NCBI RefSeq assembly: GCF_964204865.1
Contig: NC_135253.1
Coordinates: 6,882,001 to 6,946,000 of the forward strand
Length of the DNA stretch: 64,000 nucleotides
Direction of reading: 5' to 3'
DNA from: Styela clava
Lineage: Eukaryota
Shown here: positions 13,515 to 24,900 of the stretch, one piece after another
Numbering within the stretch: the first letter of the stretch is position 1
How the letters are laid out: every line of letters starts with the position of its first letter
Notes under the pieces: model-generated
The model's input: only the letters and a program-made list of their open reading frames with translations
Databases searched by the model: none
Told to the model about the DNA's origin: nothing
Translations under genes and position numbers: made by a program

Positions 13515-16016
13515 TTACCACATAACATAACATACTTTATACATACAAAGCATGTAACATAAAGTTCTCCCCATAAAAATCGAATAAAATGCTTATAACT
13601 AAATTGTTCCGGAATGTATTTTTCTAGAGACTCTATGTTTATAAACTTGTAAGAAATGTTGTTGATTAGTAGAACCACGTGAATTCATAACAACGGATTA
13701 GCGAAAATTTGGTTTTTCATTAGGCTGGAAATCATTGCTCGTGCTCATTAAACTGGCAACCAAAAAGCTTTCAGTAATGCGGATACAATAAACAATAATT
13801 ACCTAACCGCATTCTTGTGAATTGGGAAAGCATATAAGGGCCAACGAAAAATACCCGATTTATTATATATAATTCAAATAAGAAGCTAGAGGTTCTTATA
13901 AGTAGCAAATCGTCAACGCCATAGCGTGTCTAAAAAAACACATTTACGCACTTAAAGTTATAATTATATTAAATAAAATTTGAAAAAGTCTGGAAAGCGG
14001 TGATAGATAATCTTAAGCTCGATATATGAAACCCGTCATCCCCTATTATTATACAAGCCGACAGCATCAGGTTTCGCACTATTGCAATAGAAGGTATTTT
14101 ATTTTGAAGCAGATTTTGAACCTCAAATTTGTAATTTGTTACACCAATATACTTGGACCATAGCAATGCTCATAAATATGGAGACGAAAGTGGTACGCTC
14201 ACCACGAACACACAACTGATGGAAAATCTTTGTTAAACCAGCAAATTTGTGGGGGAAACGAGCCTTAGGTTGATCAGTAGAAGCAAGTAAATTTTTAACA
14301 ACAGATTAGCGAAAATTTGGTTTTCTTTAAGCTGAAGATTATTGCTCGTGCACATTAAACTTGCAACCAAAAAGCTCTCAGCAATGCGAATATGAAGAAC
14401 AAAAACTAACCGCATTACTGGGAATTGGGAATGCGTATGAGAGCCAACGAAAAGGAACTGATTTATCATATATAATATGAAATAAATGGCTTGAGGCCCG
14501 CAAATTTTCAACGCCATGGCGTGTCTAAAACAAACCCCATTTGCGCAGTTATAATTATATTAATGAAAAAATGAAACTTGGAAAATTCTAGAAAACGGGG
14601 ATACATAATCTCCAGTTCGTTATACGGAACACGTCATACTGTATTATCATACAAACCGACAGCCAGGTTTTGCACTATTGCAATAGAAGTTATTTTATTT
14701 TGAAGAAAAACTTTTTGAAACTCAAATTTGTAATTTGTTACTCCAATATACTTGAAACATAGCAATGCTCAGAGATATGGAGACGAAAGTGGTACGATCA
14801 CCATGGGCACAAAACTGATGGAAAATCTTTGTGAAACCAGTAAATTTGTGGGGAAAACGAGCCTTAGGTTGCCTTCACCTAACTAGTACTACTTTCTCTT
14901 CGTTTTTGTGTTAGTGAATGCGTATGTACTGTTGTAAGGATAATGTAGCAATAATCTAAACGACTCTGAAACACTCATAATAAATGGCCTTATGTACTCG
15001 ATTTTTTAATAATCGAAATATGAATTTATTCTAGTAGTTGAAGAGAAAGGAGAATGACAACAATATTCCTAATCTATCGAAAAGATTTACTGGTTTCTTT
15101 TCGTCAGAAAATGGCATTTACAAGTTGCTATAAAATATAACTTCTTGTGATCTGGCCTTCACTCAAAAATAGGTTACTGGACTTATTGACTTCTGGCATA
15201 GAGTTGTACACTGACTACTCATTGAAAACAGTCGAATTGATCACTCGGTATTGTATTTTACATCAAAATTAATTATAACTTTTAGTTATGTACATTTTCC
15301 AATTATATTCAAAAATTATACCATAAGCAATGTGGTAGATGGCATATACACCTCAAACACTCTTTATTAAAACTCATTCTGTGTCTGATTTATAAAATAG
15401 CTAATTAAATCAATTTCTGTTGGAACTATACGATAAAACACATTTAGTTCTCACACTGGGACGATTACGCACACCAAAATTTTTACTTTCAGTTATAAAC
15501 GTACATAAAACAAATAACTGGATATTTATAAAGCCTATTTTTAGAAATATATTTCTGACCACAGTAAAACTTATAAAGTCATGTAATTTTCAAGTACATA
15601 ATAAATCGATAGTAATTCTAGACAATATCCTCAAAAATATGAATGGAAAAATTATTGGCCTCGTGAATAAAAGGAAAAGACAAGACTAGACTAGAATTTG
15701 CAAGTGGAATATAATGATTCTTCTCTATTATTAATCAAGACACGATCGTTATGTTGTGTGCCAAAATTTTATGGGTAGTAAAATATTTCAAATGATTTAA
15801 ATGAGTTTATTTGTCACAAAATAGCTGCTAATTCAATACGGCATGATTGCCGTCAAGCGTCATGAAAGCAAACAGTTAAAAGCAAAAGCAACCCAATCTT
15901 GTGATTATATACATCCGGGCATGAGCCACATATTAACAGTCTGTGTAAAGACGCGTCTTTTTGTGGCGCATGTTTGAAAAGTACACACTTGTACTGGGAG
16001 TAGTTATTGGTAGATT

Positions 16017-16651
16017 TTATTCGCACTTTTTCTTACACTTCTGAAGCGATGTGAAGTTATTTTTGTTCGGTAGACATCCTCCCCAGATGAACTTAACACA
16101 TTTCTTTGTAATTCTGTTGTGGTAGTATCTTGGAATGTATGCTAAACATGGCCCGGGTTTTGCTCTCTGAAGACAAGTAGGGACACAGATTTTTTCGCAT
16201 TGATCCTCAGTCAGGAATCGATTTGGGTTTCCTCCAATTCCGTGATAAAAGAACTTTAAACATCGCTTTTGAAAGAAGTTATAGTAGAATCTCGGCAGAA
16301 GGGCTAACCCGAAGCCCTCGTTTTTAAGAAAAACGCATGGATTTATGATTCGTTCTGAACAAAAAATACAACAATCTTTGATGAAGCTTGCGCTTAGAAT
16401 AGAACTACAATATATTAATGCTATATTCTATCATCACTGGCATTTTGTATACTTTAAATTGCGCATTTAATTAAAGAATAGGTAACGAGTGACAAAATTT
16501 GATATAGAACTTGCTATAAAAAATGCAAGGCTAGAAACTTACTTTTACTAGATCCTTTTTTGGAAGCTTTCTTAGAGCTATTCGATACTGCATTTTCTGA
16601 TACAGCAATCACAATGCAAGCGACAATAAGCACTTTGGATATGAACTTCAT
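16017..16651 (-). CDS. Secreted tandem Kunitz protein (4-Cys + 6-Cys domains), 148 aa; exons 16651-16543 and 16354-16017
   Basis: MKFISKVLIVACIVIAVSENAVSNSSKKASKKGSSK / KRIINPCVFLKNEGFGLALLPRFYYNFFQKRCLKFFYHGIGGNPNRFLTEDQCEKICVPTCLQRAKPGPCLAYIPRYYHNRITKKCVKFIWGGCLPNKNNFTSLQKCKKKCE*. Same 109-nt first exon as the 5310 gene. Absent from the ORF track. Confidence 0.93.
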
Positions 16652-17941
16652 TATTGGGATTTGCTCTTATTCTTATTGCTTAATTTATTTCTATTTTTCC
16701 GAGAAAAATTAAAACTAGGATACGAATGTCATTTACGTTAGTTGATTTCATATATTGATTCACATTCACACAATAATTACAAAACATTTAAAATGAAGAT
16801 AATGAGGTCATAATATTGTAATAAAAATAGGTTCAAAATTAATTTTTTACATATGCATAAATTTAATAGCGTTACGTTTCGCTAGGGTGAAACAAGCTCG
16901 TATGGGTCTTTTTTAATTTTCTGTCATAATAAGTACACGTGTCTACCAACAACGCTGTAAAAATAAAATAAATTATTAGTTTATGTACTATATTTTACAC
17001 AATTCTATGGAATATGTATTCGGCAATTTTTCAATAATTCTCCTCAAAATATTGACATTTCATAAATCATTTTTTAATTGCTAATTCGATTGTAAAGCAA
17101 AGAGGCAATAGTCCGAAACTCAGAGAAACACAATCAAAATGGCAGAAATAAGTTTTCGCTGACTGTTATATGAAATTTTAATGTAGACATAAACACCGCA
17201 ACATCCTTGTGTATTAGCTTGAGGCTGAAAATTTCTTAGAAATAAATTTATCTTGAAGAGTTTATCGAGCCTTGACTATGATTATACTTGATTTATGAAT
17301 GGAACATAGTCGAATGGTGTGATATTTCTAACATTATTTTATTATTTTTATTGTTGCTGAACGCTGCAAACTGCAAAGCGCTTAAACGTGTGAGATGAAA
17401 CAAACAATTCAATATCCCGGGGCTACAAACTTTTTGAATTTACTTTTCAGCATACTATATCATTGCGATACTTAATCTCTGTTTCTTTTATTATTATTTT
17501 ATTTGTTGGAGTCCGATTCCATTTTTTAAATATACAAAAGTATCCAGAAGTCAGCATTTGCTCTTTATTCCTTCTTCTTCAACAATATTTATATCAAAAG
17601 CAAACCATTAATTGTCCAAATATTTGAGAATTGCTCTCCTGTCAGATAATTAAAATGAAGACGAACATACCTACAAAAAATGTAGGCGAAACTTGGGTCA
17701 TTGACTTTGAATTTTGGGTGAGTCTTTGATTTCGGAGAAAAATTCCGATAAAGTACAATTTCCCAAGCTCGTTAATGCTGTAGGGAAAAAGTATAACATT
17801 TAATAAATTATTGCAGCAATACCTTGTAATAGACCACGGTGAAACTGATGTAAGTGTTATCAAATACAACATTAATATACATCATAGTTAGAATTCTCAA
17901 ATAACGTTGGCTTCAGGCGGGAACTATAGCCAGCGATAAGG

Positions 17942-18410
17942 AAAATTTGGAACAAAAAAGCTGCAAAGACCTATGTGATATCATCCAAAAACTTGACTTA
18001 GGAGTTAATGAGCAGTTGGGAGTGTTGCCATGCGTGGCTCTTATATAACGATTCAAATTGCACCAGTGATGAGTAGTATGCCGGTAGGCAATATTTTCCG
18101 GGTTGCCAATATACCTTATCGTCGAAAACTTCGTAATCCTAGTTTGCCGCTTTGTCGAGAGTATCCAAAACGTAAACGGAAAAAATTTGGCCGCAATAAG
18201 TCGCTAAAACCTGTGTGATTTTATCTAAAAACTTGATATAGCAGTTAACACGCAGTTGGGAGCTATGCCATGCCGATCGCTTATGCGTGTGACGATTCGA
18301 ATTTCGCTACTGCTTGGTAGAGTACGTGTTAGCAAGAATTGCCAGTTTGAGCTTCGCCAAAATACTTTATCGTCAAAAACTTACCAACATTTGTTTGCCG
18401 TCTTGCGAAA
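17942..18410. repeat. Diverged tandem duplication, period ~240 bp, two units
   Basis: aaaatttgg...cct(a/g)tgtgat...aaaaacttga...agttaa...gcagttgggag...gccatgc...acgattc...ttatcgtc(g/a)aaaactt occurs from 17942 and again from 18182. Confidence 0.75.
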
Positions 18411-19311
18411 CGAACGTTGATTTGAATGAAGCCATGCATATATTTTACCTAAATTACATGCTTCATAAAAAGATACATACATCCGATACCTATGATATTT
18501 TTTTTATGCTCGTTGTTATAACTAGCCTTTCTGTACGACCGCCGAAAGCTGATTAGTTAATTAATTTTGACACCCGTTTTGAAAAGGGTTCTCGACCCCG
18601 ACTTTAACGTGAAACAGGAAGTTTCATGTCACAGTGGAACAACTCTACTAGAGTGTAATTCTATAAAGCGAGTGTACCGTATATACCGAGTGTGGAAATT
18701 TATCCAATTGTATCCAATATAAAACTTGGTTTTACAAACGACAATCGGTATAAGAGAGTTCACAGCTAAGTTCTGCGTAAGTCAGTGGTTTTCAATCTTT
18801 TACTGACTGCGTACCACTTCACTGTTTTTACTTTGGCCGAGAGCCCCCTAATTTGGGGTAAGCACTAAGCGACAATGAAAACAACAACAAGTTGACATGC
18901 ATATGCCTTATTGTTTGAAGTATATTTATTCATTTGAATTTGTTAAACTTTTTGCCTTCAGATATCTCGTATTTTTTTTCATACTTCGTCAAGACTGCGT
19001 TATCCTCACCATAATATCGTATCAATTGTGTAGTATTGTCATATTTTGACCATCTTTCCAACTAATTTTATCAGGTGGCATTTTTTATGGTTCCCTCTTT
19101 ATCAGGTATAGTTTTGTAAGTTTCTTTTTGCTAAAGAAACATCTAGATATTTTCTGATTGGTGTCAACCCCTATCTACTGGCACTCCTTTTTCAGGGATA
19201 AGAAAATTTCATATATATGGCAAATATTATTCAATTAGGGTTATGATATCCATTGAATGAAATTTTCATTCATGCATTTTTATACGATGGGCTTGAGTGT
19301 ATCCTCTCCAG

Positions 19312-19934
19312 CAGGGCTTCTTAACCTTTTTTCACTGTGGACACCCACATTTATTCTCAAAGTCGTTCATTGCAGATATCCCAGTTAAATCATATGCTGT
19401 CTTAATAGAACTATTTAATTTCAGTATACTGAGTATTATTACCATATTCTATTTTGGACTGCCAGGAAGTCATTTTATTTATTCCAATTTTAAATATTCT
19501 ATTTTCAGGGCACTTTAATTAGTGCAGTTATGATAGGTTCATTCAATTATTTTATTATTTCATTTTTTATTAATATTTCAGAACCCTAAGACAAATCGCA
19601 TAGATTAGGGACGTATTGCCACCTGCTGCTCGCTGGTTACCTAGTACCGATAGCCAAAACAAAAAGTTCTTTTGAAATAAATTTAAGTTATTAGTTCTGT
19701 AACAAAATTTATTGGTAAAAAGACTAACAGAAGTTTCTGTGAGAACCTTGTGGCTGCTAGCTATTCACAAGCATCGATTTCCGTGGCACGTCACTCATAT
19801 GGAGCCTCATTTCTGCATTATCTTTCAAATGCATGCTCTTTACTAATCTTTCAATATAATTAGCATCTTATCGTCTGTAACCGCGCTCTGAACCCCTGGG
19901 GGTCCGTCCGCCTGGACCACGTCGGGAGGCCCTG
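19312..19934. mobile_element. hAT (Charlie-type) non-autonomous element
   Basis: Imperfect TIRs CAGGGCTTCTTAAC / CAGGGCCTCCCGAC (reverse complement). 8-bp TSD CTCTCCAG / CTCTACAG with one mismatch. Confidence 0.7.
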
Positions 19935-20128
19935 CTCTACAGAGTTCACACTCACCGTGGGTAAAGATAATCCAATCTATACAATATGCATTTAAGTACT
20001 AAGTCCGATGTCTTCTCAACTCTTCAAGCGTTTACGTATTGCTTCATATATTATGCCGCGTGTGAAGTGCATAGTGCACTGGTATCATCCAATTATTTAG
20101 CCTCATTATTACACGCCCATTTGATTGT

Positions 20129-20440
20129 TTACAATCGTGCCAGATTAGTAATTTCTACCTTTCGGCTTTTGTCATTATCTTGGTTGGCATTCGCATCACG
20201 CATTCGACGCACAAGGGTGTCGACATTTGTCGTTATCGTGGAATGTTCGTACATGGTATTATGTTGTATTCTAATTGTATTTGCTTCACCCGGACTGGAA
20301 ACTGTTTTGTGAGAGTTTTTGCCTCTGTTGATTTTGTAGCAATCGGTGATTAAACTGACCATTTCAGAGCACGGGTCATCGACAACCTTGGTTTGCTGAA
20401 TCTGTAGCACTTGCTGCTTTGGCGTTGATGACTTATTCAT
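20129..20440 (-). CDS. Possible small ORF of unknown function (103 aa)
   Basis: ATG-initiated, hydrophilic ORF in locally less AT-rich sequence. No motif recognised. Confidence 0.25.
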   Translation of the reverse strand: MNKSSTPKQQVLQIQQTKVVDDPCSEMVSLITDCYKINRGKNSHKTVSSPGEANTIRIQHNTMYEHSTITTNVDTLVRRMRDANANQDNDKSRKVEITNLARL

Positions 20441-21929
20441 CGGTTTGTGTCTTGTGCATTGTGACTTTCAACTAATTAATTGTGCTTTATTTCCTTTAAG
20501 AAAACTGTTCTTTGTCGCCTTTGCCACTGTTTCAACTGTATAAAGTGGCCGGCTGCTACGAATTGTTCCCTACTGTCACATGCGTGACATTGAACAATAA
20601 GAAGTTAATTTTAATACAGTGTATTGTTTGTAAATGTAGCCTAGTTGGCGGTTGGGACTAAAAGTGGCGCGTTCGACATGCTTTCTATTTAGCGATTCTA
20701 AGGTATTAAGAAAACGTAACAGTTTTAACGACATTATTTTGTGGACTTTTGAGTTTCCTACAAATACTCAACAAGTTATTCCTAAATGTTTATTATATCA
20801 TATTTCATTTCAAGATATATTTTCCACTAATTAGTTGGGATATTATTGAACTTTCACTTAACGATGCTAATATATGTCGACGATTCGTTTACCGATGATA
20901 TATTTTGAAGTGACCTACCTCTATCAATATAAATGGGTACAATGCACAATATTATCGGTTATTTAGGCTACTGTTGGCTACTCTTAGTGAATAGGGTTTT
21001 CCTCAATTAAATGAACTTGAATTTCGTCATTTTAGCTATTTCTGAAATATTCTTTGTGACTAACAAACATGAATATATTATAAAAAATAAACTTTGATAT
21101 TTTTATAGTTCTCCGCTTATACACTCTAAAAACTAATAATAATTCTTAAAAACAAATTACATATTTGAGCATGGGTGATCCAAGCCTAATGACCAGATTG
21201 CCACCCAACGCTTCTTGTTTCCAGTAATTTTCTCATATTTTGTATGCATCTGATTCTTTTTCGAAAAACTACTTTTGGCTAAGACCATGAATATATAGGC
21301 AAGTATGTAAATTTGAACTTTATTTGATATACACACTTGAGCAAAACAAAATAAGTTTAAGCAGTGATCGATAATCAAAATAGCATAGTATTCTATGTTG
21401 AAACCAAAATGGATAAATATGAACTCACTGAGTGTATTGGTAAACTGAAAGTATCACTACAAAAAGTATGCTTTGAAAGCTAAAAATATTCATTACAGAC
21501 ACAAATATGTACTATAATTAAGAATGACATGCATACAGTTTGATATTTTTTTTCAATCATTTTCCATTTCTTCGCACGATGTTTCCGATTCAGATTTATC
21601 TTTCACGAAAAAAGAAAATAAAAATATTCAAGTCAATTTGGCATTTTGAAACTAAACGCGAAATGTTTCACAATACGACTTCAAATTTTTGAAAGACATT
21701 ATTTATAGAATTCTTTATCTTTATATTAGTTTGTAACAAAATGATAGAAATACCAGTTTATAGGTAAATTTATGCAATTTGTAATAAACCACTTTCATGC
21801 AATTTATTTCTAATAAATAATCGTATCAGCTATACCGATTTAACGTACTTGAACCCTCTCAGCTAATCGCTTAGCTGACAAAAACTAATGACCTTCTGCT
21901 TCCCACTTTGTGGACATGGTGGGCGTTAT

Positions 21930-24900
21930 CTAGATGGAAATTTTGTTCCAACAGTAATGATTTTTAAATAGATTGACGTGGTCAATGGCTTGGTCTGGAC
22001 AGCTTTTGTTCAACAATGGCAGGGCTGTGTTTTTTCTAATTCGCACCCTGGCTCTGTCTTGGATATTATTCTCGGCACCTTAAAACCAAAAAATGACTGT
22101 CTCTTCGTCACAGAAAAATTCAATTTGTTTTTCTTATTAGGTCTTCTGCATTAAGAATAACGCCGTACAATGTTCATAGGAATCTTGTATCAATAATCAG
22201 CTTCCAATAGTGTTAAAATTTTGTATTTTTTTGTTTTTACATTAGTCTTTATAACACTACATACATGAACAATATATATATATAAGAAGCAGGTACAATA
22301 ATTGAAGCTGAGGTTCCGAAAATTATTTTGAGGTGAGCTGTTAGACGTTTCAAGCGCTTAAACAATGATAAAAAAGTCCACAATAAACAGTAGTTGAACA
22401 TACATATCTTTGTGTCGTGGAGATGAACTGATAGTTTGGGCCGCTTTAAAATGCTATTTGGCATCTCGCGTGATCGTTTTCGCTTTCTTGAACGCTTATT
22501 TTCTGAAAAGTGATTGAAAAAGTTCAAAAGTGTGTCTATAACGTAGTGAGTAACCCATTAAGACAGGCTTGAAGATTGGACTTTTACGCCAATTGCACAT
22601 TGAATGCTTTTTAAACAAAAAACACTTAGAAAAGAAAAGCAGATGAACTTAGCAAAGCTAAATTGTTATTCTAAATTAAATTACTCTGTTGGGCAAAAAC
22701 CTTGAGCAGACTAAATACAATCCACAAAAATCAATCAATTTTCAAGAATAGCTTGAAGTCCACTTTTAGCCTGTGTGTTATAGATTTTGTTTATCAAACC
22801 GGAAAGATAATTTATTCAGGAAGTCCTACATGTCCTTGTTGGTATATAGCCTTCCTATAAACAAAAGTGCAGAATGTGTCATTGAAAAACGCAGCGTAAT
22901 TTTGTTTAAATTTCTTATTACTCCGCGTAAAATTTACTTGTGTACTTGATTTAGTATTACAAATTATCTGGTTACGTCCCTGCAATTCAATTATATAATA
23001 TTACCTGGCAATTTAATTTCAATGAGTTCCGAAATCTCTTCGCCAATAAAGTAAGTCGCATCCACACTCATTCCGTCATTCTCCATCTGCACCTTTGTTC
23101 GAAAACTCAATACCTCGGTCTCATTCTGCAGATTCTGTATTTTTTCTCAAAACAACGTATTCTCCTGCGGTTCGATGCCAACGGCATCATCCTCGATTTG
23201 TAGTTTCACAAAAACAGACTCAGCACTCGGTTTCATTTCAAATGAACCTATAATGTGAATTTTGTAGTCAGAACTACCCCACAACTCCAGGCGAAGATTA
23301 AAAAATTCTGAATCAACAGGCCTACTAAATATTGTCTTTAAAATTCTTTCTTTTTGTATCAAGGCGTGATTTACCTTTATAGCGCCTAAATGAGATTTGT
23401 CAACAGGGATGGCAAAAGTTATATAACAAAAATGATCCAATTGTACTTGGACACCTTCACGGGTTATTTGGGCATTTTTCATTTTACTCCAATTAAATTT
23501 TCGAGTCTGTGTCCGTTCACCTTTCAAAATATATACTTCCACCTGATCGCTAACGGGAATAAACCATGACGGCATGGAAACGAACGCCGATTTTAGTGGC
23601 GTTCCATCACATTCTACTTCTATTATTGAAGTTACAGGTAACCAGTATGAGGGAATCTCGAAATGCATTGGATTAGAAAAAATCCTAAGGGTTACCCACG
23701 CTCGACAGTCTCCAACAGATATTAGTTTTGGCTCCACCGTAACTTTTGTTTCTGTATAAATTGAAAATTAATTAATAGTATAGAAAATTTTGTCACTTCA
23801 TGCATAACTACTGTTCACGAACAAATTAAAATAGAAATAAAGCTGCAATTCGAATTCTTTTTTGCTTGGTAATTTCATGAACCATATTTTTAAAAAAAAA
23901 TTTTTTTCTTTTTTAGCTTACTTGTTTCTAACCACTTCAATTGATGTTCATACTGTTGAAATCTCAAATCTTCGTTATCCTAAAATAGAATTTGAGATTA
24001 GATCATTAGATAGATATCTTTTTGAAGGGCAACGAAACCTGACTAAAAATAGAAGTGTAATTAACAAATTTATTTCGAAATTCAGACAAAATAGTTTTTA
24101 TAATATTTTCCAAATTTCATTTTCCAAGAAACTATTTCTATTCGAATTGGAATGTTATGTGGCCAACACTGTTATGAATTCTTTGAAAATGGAGCAGTAT
24201 ATAATAGAGTTCATTTCGATTGATCCCGAATGAAAATGAAAAGCTTTACCATTTTGACTGAATAATGTGTAATTTAACATTTCTAAATATTTCTATTACA
24301 ATACCCTCTTACTGGAACAGACTGATATTTTGATATTGCTATTCCAACATTACATGTCTTAAAAATATACCTTGCAAGACTATGCTCTCAAATCTCATAA
24401 AAATGCTAGTTAAACAACGAAAAACAGTTTGAAATAAATAAAATATTAATATCTTTTTAATTGGTGGTGAAGAAAATTTACCGTTTGAGGTTTTTTTGTA
24501 GTCATTGGGTATTTCATAGTGCTGGGCCGAGCTTCATTCATCGCATCTCCATCACTAAAATTTTTTAGTTTTTGACATTTGTATTTCGCTATATTTTGAT
24601 TGACTACTTGATGAGACTCAAATATTGGATTGGTTTTTGTTAAATTTCAATAAGTTTTGAGTATTTTATATAAAAGGTAATTGTGATAAAGATAGATTAA
24701 TACTACGCACCACACCTAACATTAATTAGGGGGTCGTTAGTAGGTTGGAAACCAATGCTCTTGAATTATGAAGTATCGTTTGTGCTAAGACAGTGAAGCA
24801 AAGAAGACTCAGTTACGGCGTATTTTAATAATTTGGACCCAGGCAAATCTATAAGCAATATATAGCAATTTCTAATAAAAATCATATTAATTGAGGAAGC

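Larger units (their letters stand above)
1..17780. repeat. Mosaic of local segmental duplications built from the Kunitz upstream/intergenic unit
   Basis: Block A (~95-1190) recurs at ~6235-7310, ~8455-9080 (partial), ~11810-12140 (partial) and ~16850-17780. Block B (~1190-2068) recurs at ~5335-5505 (partial), ~10894-11720, ~13515-14270 and ~14272-14955 (last one near-identical to 1395-2068). Boundaries approximate, aligned by eye. Confidence 0.9.

Noticed and set aside
22810-22855. Alternative terminal exon (GRLYTNKDM*) for the LRR-ZU5 gene
   Set aside because: A plausible acceptor exists but all frames close quickly; the 22502 and 22078 exons give a longer phase-consistent model. Needs RNA data.
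23147-23149. Selenocysteine or programmed readthrough at the TGA
   Set aside because: No SECIS recognised, the position is not catalytic, and a second lesion favours simple loss of function. Not formally excluded.
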